From Patescibacteria group bacterium (GTDB lineage: Bacteria > Patescibacteriota > Patescibacteriia > UBA9934), in the NCBI GenBank assembly GCA_041666205.1, contig JBAYHI010000001.1, positions 26,894 to 90,893 on the forward strand: a stretch of 64,000 nt of DNA, given 5' to 3'. Shown in pieces: positions 9,586 to 19,620 of the stretch (positions are counted from its first letter, which is position 1; each line of letters starts with the position of its first letter). A model generated the notes under the pieces. That model had not been told where the DNA came from, did not search any database, and was given only the letters and a program-made list of their open reading frames with translations. Position numbers and translations under genes: made by a program.

Positions 9586-12474
9586 ATGAACCACTTTTTT
9601 AAGTCCCGGCATAGCTGGGCAACCGAGCATGTTCGCTCGAGCGGATCATTTTTAAAGCGACTTTTCGGCTTTTTTGCCAGAAATAAGAAAGCGCGCCGCA
9701 CATTTATCAAAAACATCCTGCTTGCGGGCATTGCCTGCTGTCTTTTTGGGGCAATTTTCTTCCTTGGGATGTTTGCGTGGCTCTCGCGCGATTTACCCGA
9801 TCCAAATTCGCTCACATTGCGCGATATCGCTCAATCCACAAAAATTTACGATCGTACAGGCGAACACCTGCTATACGAAATTTCTGGAGATGAAAAACGA
9901 ACACTTGTTCAAATCAATGACATCCCTTCTTATGTCGTGCAGGCAACCATCACGGCCGAGGATCGTAAATTTTACGAACACGGAGGCATTGATTTCAAAG
10001 GAATGGCGCGTGCCATGCTTCGCAATATCATCAATTTCGACTTGACCGGGCAAAGTGGATCAACAATCACCCAACAGCTCGTCAAAAATGCGATTCTCAC
10101 CGGGGAAAAAAGTTATATTCGCAAAATCAAAGAGGTTGTGCTCGCAATCGCGCTTGAACGTCGTTATACAAAAGACGAAATCATGCAGCTCTACTTAAAC
10201 GAAATCCCGTACGGCTCCATGAACTATGGAATTGAATCCGCTGCACAGGCCTATTTTGGTAAACACATAAGTGACGTCACTTTGGCCGAAGCCGCAACAC
10301 TTGCTTCGCTCCCAAATCGTCCAAGCGTCTTACTCAACAATCCCGATACTCTTCTTAGCCGTCGTAATTGGATCTTGGACGGGATGTTTGAACTTGGCTA
10401 TATTACCCAAGAAGAACTTGATGCCGCGCTTGCCGAAGATACACCGGTTCGCGTGAATATTTCCAATATGGTTGCCCCGCACTTTGTATTGTGGGTCAAA
10501 GAGCAACTCGTGGAAAAATTCGGCGAAGTTGAGGTTGAGCAGGGTGGTCTTAGGGTCATCACAACGCTCGATTATGACAAGCAAATCGCTGCGGAAAAAG
10601 CGGTAAAAGACAATGTTGACGCGCGCGGATCTTCCTATAATTTCAATAATGCCGGGCTTGTAGCCATTGATCCAAATACCGGTGAAATTCTTGCCATGGT
10701 TGGATCGGTTGATTATTTCAACGACGAGATTCAGGGCCAAGTGAACGTTACCATGCGTCCATTGCAGCCAGGATCGAGTTTCAAACCGATCGTGTACGCC
10801 GCTGCCTTTGAAAAGGGCTATACCCCAAATACGATTCTTTGGGACGTAGATACACAATTCCCAACCTCCACGGGCATGTACCACCCGCAGAACTACAGTG
10901 CCAATGAAAACGGAGCGGTTACAGTGCGAAAAGCGCTCCAGGGTTCGCTCAATATTCCTGCCGTAAAAATGCTCTACTTGGTGGGCGTGCAAAACGCGCT
11001 CGACTTTGCAGAACGCTTGGGCTATTCCACATTTGGTGATCGCTCGAACTTTGGTCTTGCAATCGTCTTGGGTGGTGCAGAAGTGTTGCTCACAGATCAC
11101 GTGAACGCGTTTGCCACATTTGCCAATGGCGGAACCCTGCATGAGGAAGTATCGATTCTTAACGTTCAAGATAGCGATGAAAATGTTTTATACGAAAACA
11201 AACTTGAAGATCCAGGAAAACAAGTACTCGAAGCCAATATCGCCAATATGGTCTCAAACGTCCTCTCCGATAATGAGGCGCGTACCTATATTTTCGGCGC
11301 AAATAACTACTTGACGCTCGGTAGTCGCCCAGCCGCTGCAAAAACCGGCACCACCAACGATTATAAAGACGCTTGGACTGTTGGGTATACGCCGTCTCTT
11401 GCCGCTGGAGTCTGGGTTGGAAATACCAATGGCACTGCAATGAAACGTGGAGCCGATGGCTCGGTCGTTGCTGCGCCAATTTGGAATCAATTCATGCGTG
11501 AGGCGCTTGCAGGGACTGCGGTGGAATATTTCCCAAGTCCATCGATCCCAATAACCGGAAAAGCCATTCTTGACGGACAAATGCCAAGCACAACCGTTGT
11601 AATTGACACCGCGTCTGGCAAGCTCGCAACTGAAGCAACGCCTGATCGATTCAAAAAAACCGTGATGTGTGGCGAATACCACGATACGCTCTACTATGTG
11701 AGCCGCGGAAATCCGCTTGGTCCGGTGCCTACAAATCCGGAAAACGACCAATATTTCGATGAATGGGAATCGGCTGTGCAAGCATACTTGGTTCGCCACA
11801 ATGCAAACTTAAAGCCTGGCGAAGTTGCCATGGAAACGTGTGATGTGCCAACCGAATACGATGATGTGCATGTGCCAGCCAATGAGCCATCCATCAATAT
11901 CAAAAATCCCGACGACGGCGACAGTGTGGGTCGTACATTTACCATTCAAATCAATGCATCAGCTCCTCGCGGAGTGTCGCGAATTGAATATTTGGTCGAC
12001 GATCAATATGTGAAGACGTCGGAAGGCAGCTCTGGCACAACACTCACGCTTCCAACCTGGGTTGGAACTGGAAGCCACACCCTTTCAGCCGTTGCCTACG
12101 ACGATATTGATAATTCCAAGAAGGATTCCATTAATATTAACGTCACCGAGACCGGAGTCGGATCGCTTTTTTCCATTAGCAACCCATTCCAAGGCCAAAC
12201 CATAGAAAAAACGCAACCAAGTTACTTGGTTGTTGTAGAGGGCCCAACACTTGGGAGTTTCTCTGATCTGTATTTAGTCCTTACAAATGCAGTCACGGGT
12301 CAAACGTTTAATCTACTCGCAGATGACGAACCTGAAAACCTCAATACAGTCGAGTGGATGCTCCCAGAGGCGGGATCATACATTTTAACCGCCCGCGCAA
12401 CGCAGAGTGGCATCACAGTCGATTCAGAGCCCATCAGAGTTCTCGTCACCGACCCCGCAACACCAGCACTTTAA
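9586..12474 (+). CDS. Class A penicillin-binding protein (PBP1A family) with C-terminal Ig-like domains
   Basis: EDRKFYEHGG, GSTITQQL, RKIKE; SSFK, SLN and KTGT transpeptidase motifs. Confidence 0.95.
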   Translation: MNHFFKSRHSWATEHVRSSGSFLKRLFGFFARNKKARRTFIKNILLAGIACCLFGAIFFLGMFAWLSRDLPDPNSLTLRDIAQSTKIYDRTGEHLLYEISGDEKRTLVQINDIPSYVVQATITAEDRKFYEHGGIDFKGMARAMLRNIINFDLTGQSGSTITQQLVKNAILTGEKSYIRKIKEVVLAIALERRYTKDEIMQLYLNEIPYGSMNYGIESAAQAYFGKHISDVTLAEAATLASLPNRPSVLLNNPDTLLSRRNWILDGMFELGYITQEELDAALAEDTPVRVNISNMVAPHFVLWVKEQLVEKFGEVEVEQGGLRVITTLDYDKQIAAEKAVKDNVDARGSSYNFNNAGLVAIDPNTGEILAMVGSVDYFNDEIQGQVNVTMRPLQPGSSFKPIVYAAAFEKGYTPNTILWDVDTQFPTSTGMYHPQNYSANENGAVTVRKALQGSLNIPAVKMLYLVGVQNALDFAERLGYSTFGDRSNFGLAIVLGGAEVLLTDHVNAFATFANGGTLHEEVSILNVQDSDENVLYENKLEDPGKQVLEANIANMVSNVLSDNEARTYIFGANNYLTLGSRPAAAKTGTTNDYKDAWTVGYTPSLAAGVWVGNTNGTAMKRGADGSVVAAPIWNQFMREALAGTAVEYFPSPSIPITGKAILDGQMPSTTVVIDTASGKLATEATPDRFKKTVMCGEYHDTLYYVSRGNPLGPVPTNPENDQYFDEWESAVQAYLVRHNANLKPGEVAMETCDVPTEYDDVHVPANEPSINIKNPDDGDSVGRTFTIQINASAPRGVSRIEYLVDDQYVKTSEGSSGTTLTLPTWVGTGSHTLSAVAYDDIDNSKKDSININVTETGVGSLFSISNPFQGQTIEKTQPSYLVVVEGPTLGSFSDLYLVLTNAVTGQTFNLLADDEPENLNTVEWMLPEAGSYILTARATQSGITVDSEPIRVLVTDPATPAL

Positions 12475-12522
12475 TCGCAAATAAAAAGAGCACCGAAATT
12501 CGGAGCTCTTTTTGATTTTGTG

Positions 12523-12828
12523 TTAGAAAAAGATGATGCCGATCATCGCACTCACCACGTTCATGACAACGGCGGCGCCGATTGCCTTTGCGCGACTCTG
12601 CGTGAAGAGCGTCGCAAATATGATTGCTTCTACAAACGTCACACACACTTCCACGAGGAGAAGCGACGCTCCATTCATGGCAAAATACCAGGCAATTGGA
12701 TGCGTCACCATGTTCACGCAAACGATTGCAAGTGCAAAGAGTTGCCAAGGGCTTTTGCGCAAAAACGCAAAGGCAATCGGCGCCTCAACCGCGATGGTGA
12801 GCGCAAGAAAAACTATTTCTTCTTCCAT
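12523..12828 (-). CDS. Small integral membrane protein
   Basis: Hydrophobic ORF (LTIAVE, NMVTHP, N..S motifs) overlapping the upstream gene. Confidence 0.65.
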   Translation of the reverse strand: MEEEIVFLALTIAVEAPIAFAFLRKSPWQLFALAIVCVNMVTHPIAWYFAMNGASLLLVEVCVTFVEAIIFATLFTQSRAKAIGAAVVMNVVSAMIGIIFF

Positions 12829-13466
12829 GTTTTTTTACTCATCTTAACTGCATAGAAGACTCCCCCAACTCCCGCAAGGACCGCCATAATTGCGATAACC
12901 GTCGCAATAAGTGGAAGTGGGTTACCATGCTCTTCTGCAACGGTGGATGTTGCTTTTGCAGTTGTTGGAAGAATGGTTTCGGTCGTGCCGTCTTGATTTG
13001 TGATTTCTGTGCGAACCAAGTGTGCTTTTACCGCGGTATCCGTAACGCTGTCGATGTGAATAATTTTTGTCTGAGAGGCCGTCGGGTTTGTATCCGCGAC
13101 ATACTCGGCAAGAGAAACGTCCAAATCTGATTTAATAAACAGGCTCGCATTCACTGAACTCTGAGCCCAATCACCATATTGCTCCTGATCTGGATTATAT
13201 TGTACTGAATGCCAATCGACAATTTTTATTGCAAGGAGGGCTCCATCATAAAGACCCTGACAATATTTGGATTCACTTAATGTATCCGAACTCAAAAAAC
13301 CTCCGTGGCCTATTCCAGTGGCCACAAAATTATAATTTTGAAAGTCAGCTAGGTTATCTATCTGCAAACAGGAATCTACCGAGTGCGAATTATCCGGAAG
13401 CACATCCGCCGTGGCAACCGTAGGCAAAAACCCAATTAGAAGAAGCGCTGGCAATAGATATTTCAT
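12813..13466 (-). CDS. Exported protein with C-terminal membrane anchor
   Basis: Signal peptide (ATA-DV), C-terminal TM helix plus Lys-rich tail. Confidence 0.7.
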   Translation of the reverse strand: MKYLLPALLLIGFLPTVATADVLPDNSHSVDSCLQIDNLADFQNYNFVATGIGHGGFLSSDTLSESKYCQGLYDGALLAIKIVDWHSVQYNPDQEQYGDWAQSSVNASLFIKSDLDVSLAEYVADTNPTASQTKIIHIDSVTDTAVKAHLVRTEITNQDGTTETILPTTAKATSTVAEEHGNPLPLIATVIAIMAVLAGVGGVFYAVKMSKKTWKKK

Positions 13467-13573
13467 ATCAAAATAATTTTATAGCGCAATCATACATCAC
13501 CCTCCATCAAAAATAAACGTACGGAACGAAAATCTTTGTTCCGTACGTGATCTTCTTGCGCGCCCAATGAATT

Positions 13574-14698
13574 CTATTGCCGAATTGGCATGATGATGTA
13601 CTGGAATTCCTCGTTTGGCATTTCTTTTGGAATGAGGACGCACGGATTTGTTCCGTCAATCATCTTGAACGTCACCTGATCACTCGAAATTGCGCCAAGC
13701 CCATCGAGTAAATATCGATAATTCAAGACAACACGATTTTCCGAGCCTTGAATGGCAGCTTTGAGCACGACGGTATTTTCTCCGCGTGTTTTGTCAGAGG
13801 CCGATATCTCAATTTGCTGATTATCGGCGTCGAGCCCGAGCGTGACGTCAAATAGTCCGGTCTTTGAGAACAAACTCACAGTCTTTACGGCCTGCACAAA
13901 CTCCGTGCGATCAAACAACACTTCGGTTTTTACTTGCTTTGGAATGATTTGCTTATAATCCGGATACGATCCTTCAATGACACGTGACGTGAGTTCTACC
14001 GAACCATACTGGAATACGATTTGATTGTCGGAAAGTCGGATCTCAACCGCACTTGGTGCCTCAACATCGTCTTTGAAGACGCTTAGCACACGACTAAGCT
14101 CTGCAAGCGTGCGTTGTGGGACAATCACGCGGCTCGAGGAGGATACTGCAGTCTTCAGAATGACTTCTGAAAGGCGATAGCTATCCGTGGCAGCGAGCGT
14201 CAAAAGTCCTGCTTCGTCAAAATTGAGTAAAATTCCCGAAAGTTCTGGTCGACTCTCGTTTGTTGCTGCTGCAAACAAAACTTGTGAAAGCGCCAACTGA
14301 AGATTTGCAACACCAATCGAATACGTTGTTCCCCCGCTCACCGGTGGAATGAGAGGAAACTCGGTTGCTGGAATGCCGTGAATCTTTGTTTTTGCATTCC
14401 CACATCCCACAAAGATGGCATTATCGAGCAAATCAATGTCCACTCGCTCGTTTGGGAGTAAATTTACGTAGTCAAAAAACAGCTTTGCTGGAACCGTATA
14501 TTCACCTCCTTGATCAACCTTCCCTCGAATTGCGCATGTGAGTGCAATTTCTAGGTTTGTTGAAATAAGCTTAACCCCTCCTGCGTCTGCTCGTACCAGT
14601 ACATTATTGAGAATGGGAAGATTTACATTCTTGGTTCCAACTCTACTTGTAATGGAAAGTCCTTGATGTAAATTTTCTCGTGTGCAAGAGAATTTCAC
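13574..14698 (-). CDS. dnaN: DNA polymerase III beta sliding clamp
   Basis: LPILNNVL, STNLE, ATDSYRL, YPDY, IMPIR; downstream of dnaA. Confidence 0.97.
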   Translation of the reverse strand: MKFSCTRENLHQGLSITSRVGTKNVNLPILNNVLVRADAGGVKLISTNLEIALTCAIRGKVDQGGEYTVPAKLFFDYVNLLPNERVDIDLLDNAIFVGCGNAKTKIHGIPATEFPLIPPVSGGTTYSIGVANLQLALSQVLFAAATNESRPELSGILLNFDEAGLLTLAATDSYRLSEVILKTAVSSSSRVIVPQRTLAELSRVLSVFKDDVEAPSAVEIRLSDNQIVFQYGSVELTSRVIEGSYPDYKQIIPKQVKTEVLFDRTEFVQAVKTVSLFSKTGLFDVTLGLDADNQQIEISASDKTRGENTVVLKAAIQGSENRVVLNYRYLLDGLGAISSDQVTFKMIDGTNPCVLIPKEMPNEEFQYIIMPIRQ

Positions 14699-14957
14699 AG
14701 AAGAAGAAAATTAATTATATAGTTATAACAGTAATAGTAATAAGGGGTGTGGACAGAGGGGATAAGCCGATCGAGTGAATATTCATATGGCGATTTCGCG
14801 ACGCCTCTTGTGTGCTACTCATGTGAATACATGTGCTGCAGCTGTGTGGATATTTGGAGCTCACAGACGGCATTTGTTTAGTCACTGCTACATTGCAGAC
14901 TTATCCGCCGACTTGTCCCCCAAAAAACAGGGGCTTATTCACAACATGTACACTTTT
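14699..14957. other. oriC unwinding part (dnaA-dnaN intergenic): AT-rich DUE, DnaA-trios, DnaA boxes
   Basis: Minus strand TTATCCCCT-TGTCCACA-CCCC-TTATTACTATTACTG-AT-rich; further boxes TGTGAATA, TGTGGATA, TTATTCACA. Confidence 0.85.
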
Positions 14958-16355
14958 TTAGCCTGAGTAGAGCTTTTGCTTGATGAGATCAAGGTCGCGT
15001 TTGAGCTGCTCGTCGTCTTTTACGAGATTTAAAATCTTTGAATACGCGTGCATTGCCGTGGTGTGATCGCGTCCGCCAAGTTCAGAGCCAATGGTTGGGT
15101 AAGAACTCTTCATCTCTTCACGCAATAAGAACATGATGATCTGGCGCGGGAATGCAAGACGCTTTTCACGGCTTTTTCCAAGCACATCGTCCACCGCAAT
15201 ATCGAAATACTCCGATACAGTTTGGATAATTTGTTTTGGAGAAATGGTTTTTCGAATGGAGTTGAGTTCAAAGCTCGCAATAAGTGGTTTTACGGATTCA
15301 AGCGTTGGCTCCATGTTTTTAAACTGATGGTAGGCAACGATTTTATTAAGAGCACCCTCGAGTTCGCGCACATTTGAGGAAATATTGCTCGCAACAAAGT
15401 GCAAAATCTCGCGCGGAAGATCAATTGCGCGTTTTTGACACTTGATTTGTAAAATCGCAACGCGCGTTTCAAGGTCAGGAGCCCCAATATCCACGAGCAT
15501 GCCCCACTCAAGACGCGAAAGAAGGCGTTTTTCGAGTGCAGCAATGGCTTTTGGTGGGCGATCGGACGAAATAACAATCTGCTTGTTTTCTTGATGGAGC
15601 GAATTGAATGTGTGGAAAAACTCCTCCTGTGTTCCTTCTTTCCCGGTGATGAATTGAATATCATCGATAAGCAAAAGATCCACATTGCGATATTGATCCT
15701 TGAATTCTTTGCCTTTTCCACTACGAATCGCGTGGATAAAATCGTTTGTGAAGCGTTCGCAAGTGACGTAAAGGATGCGCGCATTTGGATTTCGTTCAAG
15801 CATCGCGTTTCCAACCGCGTGTAAAAGGTGTGTTTTCCCAAGTCCTACGCCTCCATACACGAAAAGCGGGTTATAAGTGCCACCGGGTTGCGCAGAAACC
15901 GCTTGAGCCGCGGCATGGGCAAGTTCATTGTGTTTTCCAACAACAAACGTGCCAAACGTATATGCTGGATTGATTATAATTGTGCCGTGCGATGGGCTTG
16001 GTTCAGAGAAAGATGGAGTAAATCCGAAATCTTCGCTTGATTCTTCCGGAGCACATTGCGCTGGAACGCCTGGTTGTTGGAAAATAATCGCTTGCGGTTC
16101 ATTGGCATGCGTTTCCACGCGATAAATGAGTTGTTTGATGTTTTGCTCCGTGATTCCTTGAATGCAATCCAAGATGTCACGGTGATATTTTTTTTCAAGC
16201 CATGCTTTTGTGAACGTATTGGGGACGCCTATGACAATGTGGCCATCCGCATAATCAGCAATAAACGTATTGCGAAACCACGTGGTAAAGTGGGCTTTGC
16301 TGAGTTTCAGCTCTAACTGTCCGAGTGCGGACTGCCACAGTTCATGGGTATTCAT
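14958..16355 (-). CDS. dnaA: Chromosomal replication initiator DnaA
   Basis: YNPLFVYGGVGLGKTHL, DDIQF, QEEFFHTFN, GGRDHTT; alternative start at 16373. Confidence 0.98.
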   Translation of the reverse strand: MNTHELWQSALGQLELKLSKAHFTTWFRNTFIADYADGHIVIGVPNTFTKAWLEKKYHRDILDCIQGITEQNIKQLIYRVETHANEPQAIIFQQPGVPAQCAPEESSEDFGFTPSFSEPSPSHGTIIINPAYTFGTFVVGKHNELAHAAAQAVSAQPGGTYNPLFVYGGVGLGKTHLLHAVGNAMLERNPNARILYVTCERFTNDFIHAIRSGKGKEFKDQYRNVDLLLIDDIQFITGKEGTQEEFFHTFNSLHQENKQIVISSDRPPKAIAALEKRLLSRLEWGMLVDIGAPDLETRVAILQIKCQKRAIDLPREILHFVASNISSNVRELEGALNKIVAYHQFKNMEPTLESVKPLIASFELNSIRKTISPKQIIQTVSEYFDIAVDDVLGKSREKRLAFPRQIIMFLLREEMKSSYPTIGSELGGRDHTTAMHAYSKILNLVKDDEQLKRDLDLIKQKLYSG

Positions 16356-16399
16356 AGGAGGGTATGCGGGCATGGGTTTAATCGACGCGAGTCATTGTA

Positions 16400-16490
16400 T
16401 CCTACCTATCCACAGGTCTCAAGCAGTGAAAAAGTGGGATTTCTGTGCGTGAACTGTGGATAACCCTATGTGAATGTGGATAGCACCCCT
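16400..16490. promoter_or_regulatory. DnaA-box cluster between dnaA and rpmH
   Basis: CTATCCACA 16406-16414, TGTGGATAA 16455-16463, TGTGGATAG near 16476. Confidence 0.8.
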
Positions 16491-16552
16491 ATTGTTTGAC
16501 AAAACGCAATGCGCATGGTATTTTTCACGCACTTATTTGTTAGCAAGGCCGT

Positions 16553-16705
16553 ATGCCAAGACGAACGTATCAGCCAAAGAAGCGTCAGCGAGCAAAAGTC
16601 AGTGGCTTTCGAGCGCGCATGTCCACAAAGGACGGCCGAAATGTCTTGAAACGCCGACGCGCAAAAGGACGCAAGCGATTAACCGTAAAAGCACGTCCAC
16701 GATAA
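16553..16705 (+). CDS. rpmH: 50S ribosomal protein L34 (absent from ORF track)
   Basis: Translates as [50 protein letters not shown]; canonical position. Confidence 0.97.
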   Translation: MPRRTYQPKKRQRAKVSGFRARMSTKDGRNVLKRRRAKGRKRLTVKARPR

Positions 16706-16737
16706 AAGAAGGGCCTCCCCTTCTTTTTTGTTCCTGC

Positions 16738-16840
16738 CGTCATCCTGAGCGTCAGCGAAGGATCTCATGTAAAATTCTTGTAGATTGCTTCGTCCAGCTA
16801 AGCTGGACTTCGTCGGATTATTATCCTCCTCGCAATGACA
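16738..16840. repeat. CGTC-type palindromic repeat (chimeric)
   Basis: CGTCATCCTGAGCG..AGCGAAGGATCTC left arm shared with 58461; right end CCTCGCAATGAC. Confidence 0.7.
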
Positions 16841-16863
16841 CAATTAAGGTAAGATAAGCATAT

Positions 16864-17214
16864 ATGCTTTCTAAAGAACATCGACTCCAAAAACGAACCG
16901 ATATTCAAAAGGTGTTAAAGGGCAAAAGTGTCTTTGACCCGATTTGTGGCGTGAAACTTTCCAAAAATGGTCTTCCTGATTCTCGTTTTGCAATCGTTGC
17001 GGGCCTCAAAGTGCATAAAAGCGCGGTAAAGCGCAATACCGTGCGCCGTCAATACAGTGAAATCATTCGCCTCAATCTTCAGTCCATCGAGCCAGGGTAT
17101 GATTTTGTGCTCCTGATTTCAAAGGCCTCACTTGATGTGCCGTACGCAGAAAAAGAAGCACAACTCATTGATGTGCTGAAAAAAGCCAAGGTATGGACTG
17201 GAAAGAGCGCGTAA
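16864..17214 (+). CDS. rnpA: Ribonuclease P protein component
   Basis: MLSKEHRL, SRFAIV..KVHKSAVKRN; synteny. Confidence 0.95.
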   Translation: MLSKEHRLQKRTDIQKVLKGKSVFDPICGVKLSKNGLPDSRFAIVAGLKVHKSAVKRNTVRRQYSEIIRLNLQSIEPGYDFVLLISKASLDVPYAEKEAQLIDVLKKAKVWTGKSA

Positions 17215-17456
17215 AATGGATTATCCGTCACGTTGCCACTGCGCCGATTGTTTTGTATCAATACACGCTTTCGCCCGATCATGGACCACTCAAGGTTTAC
17301 CATCCGTACGGATATTGCCGGTTTTACCCGAGTTGCTCGGAGTATTGCCGGCAAGCGATTGTGAAAAAAGGCGTTGTCCGGGGGGTGGCACTTGGGTTGT
17401 GGCGTGTGCTTCGTTGTCACCCATGGTCCAAAGGCGGGGTGGACGCGGTTCGTTAG
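17193..17456 (+). CDS. yidD: Membrane protein insertion efficiency factor
   Basis: CRFYPSCSEY, RVLRCHPWSKGGVD. Confidence 0.95.
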   Translation: MDWKERVKWIIRHVATAPIVLYQYTLSPDHGPLKVYHPYGYCRFYPSCSEYCRQAIVKKGVVRGVALGLWRVLRCHPWSKGGVDAVR

Positions 17457-17692
17457 CGCAACACGGTCAAATCAGGAATCTCAATGAGTTTGGTACGCGA
17501 ATGCGCGCCTTTTTTGATGGAAATGAGCGTCTTGGCAATGTGGAATCGTTTTGAAAGAAGCTCGATAACTGCGATATTGGCCTTATTTTCGATTGGCGCA
17601 GCACGAAGACTCACGTTTAAGATATTTGGTTCTTGAAACGACGTGATTTCGTCTTTCTTAGCGTTGAGATGAATGCGGGCTTCGATGATCAT
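17453..17692 (-). CDS. DUF167/YggU family protein
   Basis: AAPIENKAN...I.KG.HSRTK pattern. Confidence 0.85.
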   Translation of the reverse strand: MIIEARIHLNAKKDEITSFQEPNILNVSLRAAPIENKANIAVIELLSKRFHIAKTLISIKKGAHSRTKLIEIPDLTVLR

Positions 17693-17720
17693 AGAAAAAA
17701 GGCCCCGTTTGGGGCGCTTT

Positions 17721-19004
17721 TTATTTTACCATTTTTGATTTGAGGAGCTCGATTGTTTTTCGATTTACATGTTGAGCTCGCACATATTCGCGGTAATCTG
17801 GCCCGTAAATGCGTTTTTTGATTTCTTCGTCGTCGTATTGCTCGGCGATTTTATCAAGTTCTGGATCAAGTTCAGCGTCTGTCACTTCAATCTTCTCCTT
17901 TTTGGAGATTTCTTTGAGAACGAGTCCTACTTGAACGCGTCGAAGCGCGGCTTTTGCAAAATCGAGTTTCAAGTCGGCCGGTGTTTTATTGATGGATTTG
18001 AGGTAGGAATCGATTTCGAGCCCGCGATCTTTGAGTGAATGTTCAAGTTCGTGCGTCATTTTGTCGATTTCTTGATTGATCAAGAGATCCGGAATTGCCT
18101 CGAACTTGGATTTTTCTGCAAGAAGATCTAAAACCTCGCGATCCTGGCGCAAGCGTTCTTCTTCTTCATTTTCGGCCTGCATATTCTCGGAAAGCTTTTC
18201 TTCAAGCTTTGCAAGACTCTCAAGACCGACTTTCTTGGCAAATTCTTCATCGATCGTTGGGGTGTCGAGTCCGTAGATTTCATTTACAACCACGGTGAAG
18301 TCAATATTTTGACCTGCCAGATGCTTTTGGTAGTGATCTTTTGGAAACGGAAGCGTGAATGTGCGCTCTTCGCCTTCTTTTGCGCCAAGGATTTTCTCAA
18401 CAATGCCGTCGATGTAGTGAGGTTCTGCTGTATAAATGCCGTGATTGCGACCTTCCCCACCTTCGAGTACAACACCCTCTTTTTTCATGGTGAGATTCAC
18501 AACCGCTTTATCGCCCTTCACAAGAACTTCACCTGCAACTTTACGGGTTTCCTTGGTTTGCATGGTTGCAAGCTCTTTTTTGGCAGATTCAATGGTTTCT
18601 TTGCTTGGTTTTGTGTCTTTCTTTTCAACAGAAAGCTTTTCGTAATCAGCAAGTTCCAAAACCTTTGGGAAGAGCGCGACTTCGGCCGTGATGACCATAT
18701 CGTTGCCTGGGGCCATTTTGACTGCGTTAAAATATGGCTGACCAACGGTTTCAAGGTCTTCTTTGAGCATGGCGTCCACAAATGCAGCGCGAATGAGCTC
18801 TTCGGCAGCAGCTTCGAGGAGTTTCATTTCCCCAACGCGCTGTTTTACAACTTCATAGCTTGCTTTTCCCGGTCGAAATCCAGGAATCGAGCTTTCTTCG
18901 CTCATATGTTCAGAAGCGTGTTGCATTCCAGCTTCAACGGTTTCGGCAGGAATCGTGAGCGTAAACGTGGCTTTATTGTCTTTGATTTCTAATGTGTATG
19001 GCAT
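17721..19004 (-). CDS. tig: Trigger factor
   Basis: IPGFRPGKA ribosome-binding motif, FKBP-like FPKDHY..LAG. Confidence 0.96.
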   Translation of the reverse strand: MPYTLEIKDNKATFTLTIPAETVEAGMQHASEHMSEESSIPGFRPGKASYEVVKQRVGEMKLLEAAAEELIRAAFVDAMLKEDLETVGQPYFNAVKMAPGNDMVITAEVALFPKVLELADYEKLSVEKKDTKPSKETIESAKKELATMQTKETRKVAGEVLVKGDKAVVNLTMKKEGVVLEGGEGRNHGIYTAEPHYIDGIVEKILGAKEGEERTFTLPFPKDHYQKHLAGQNIDFTVVVNEIYGLDTPTIDEEFAKKVGLESLAKLEEKLSENMQAENEEEERLRQDREVLDLLAEKSKFEAIPDLLINQEIDKMTHELEHSLKDRGLEIDSYLKSINKTPADLKLDFAKAALRRVQVGLVLKEISKKEKIEVTDAELDPELDKIAEQYDDEEIKKRIYGPDYREYVRAQHVNRKTIELLKSKMVK

Positions 19005-19055
19005 AGATTTGTTGCAAGTCTAGGCGAAAATACGAGCCCTGTCAATGATTTATCG

Positions 19056-19096
19056 TCTAAATGCGCAAACGCCGGCCCAGAGTTGGGTCGGCGCGG
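19056..19096 (-). terminator. Terminator of cassette A (repeat copy 1)
   Basis: CGCCGACCCA..CTGGGCCGGCG hairpin followed by TTTGCGCATTTAGA; near-identical at 19561-19604. Confidence 0.6.
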
Positions 19097-19113
19097 AGGA
19101 GGAACAGAAGAGA

Positions 19114-19440
19114 CTAGATGGTCAGCTGCCTGGATGCGGAAGCACTGGTGCAGACTTCATCCTTGCAAACCGCCACGATGTACACGAAGTCCTTGCTAAA
19201 GGTTTCTCCCGCGAACACCCTGTGGGTTTCTGTCGATGCCGATTCTCCCGGAACCGACACTCGCTCGTGCACCGGATGCCCTTTCATCTTGTTCACGAGA
19301 GCTCGAGCCAGATCCTCCGCCATCTTTTTGGTCTCATCGCGTTCGCGCGTGAGCGCGTCGATCCTCCGGCGCAACCACCACACCACGAAGATGCTGAGGG
19401 CGACGTAGAAGAGGGAGAAGATGAGGGAAAGGGTTTGCAT
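19114..19440 (-). CDS. GC-rich small membrane-anchored orphan, paralog A
   Basis: SD GGAGG before MQTLSL; N-terminal TM helix and coiled coil. Confidence 0.75.
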   Translation of the reverse strand: MQTLSLIFSLFYVALSIFVVWWLRRRIDALTRERDETKKMAEDLARALVNKMKGHPVHERVSVPGESASTETHRVFAGETFSKDFVYIVAVCKDEVCTSASASRQLTI

Positions 19441-19549
19441 GGCAAAATCCTCCAAGCATGCAGGTTTGTCCTGCGGTGAGACGTGCGTCGACGAATCGAC
19501 GGTCATAGAGATGACGAAAAAAGATACCAAGAAAACACCGCCACGTCAA
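19441..19549 (-). promoter_or_regulatory. Promoter and structured leader of cassette A
   Basis: TTGACG 19549-19544, 17 bp, TATCTT 19526-19521; leader hairpins GTCAT/ATGAC, CGTCGA/TCGACG, GCAGG/CCTGC. Confidence 0.7.
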
Positions 19550-19560
19550 CGTTTCATTCA

Positions 19561-19604
19561 TCTAAATGCGCAAACGCCGGCCCAGCGAGATGGGCCGGCG
19601 CGGA
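19561..19604 (-). terminator. Terminator of cassette B (repeat copy 2)
   Basis: CGCCGGCCCA..TGGGCCGGCG hairpin followed by TTTGCGCATTTAGA. Confidence 0.6.
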
Positions 19605-19620
19605 GAGTGATGAGGAGTGC

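Noticed and set aside
10330-11799. Long antisense ORFs within the PBP gene (also within 187-2085, tig, pnp and the fibre)
   Set aside because: Shadow frames of well-supported genes with no independent motifs.
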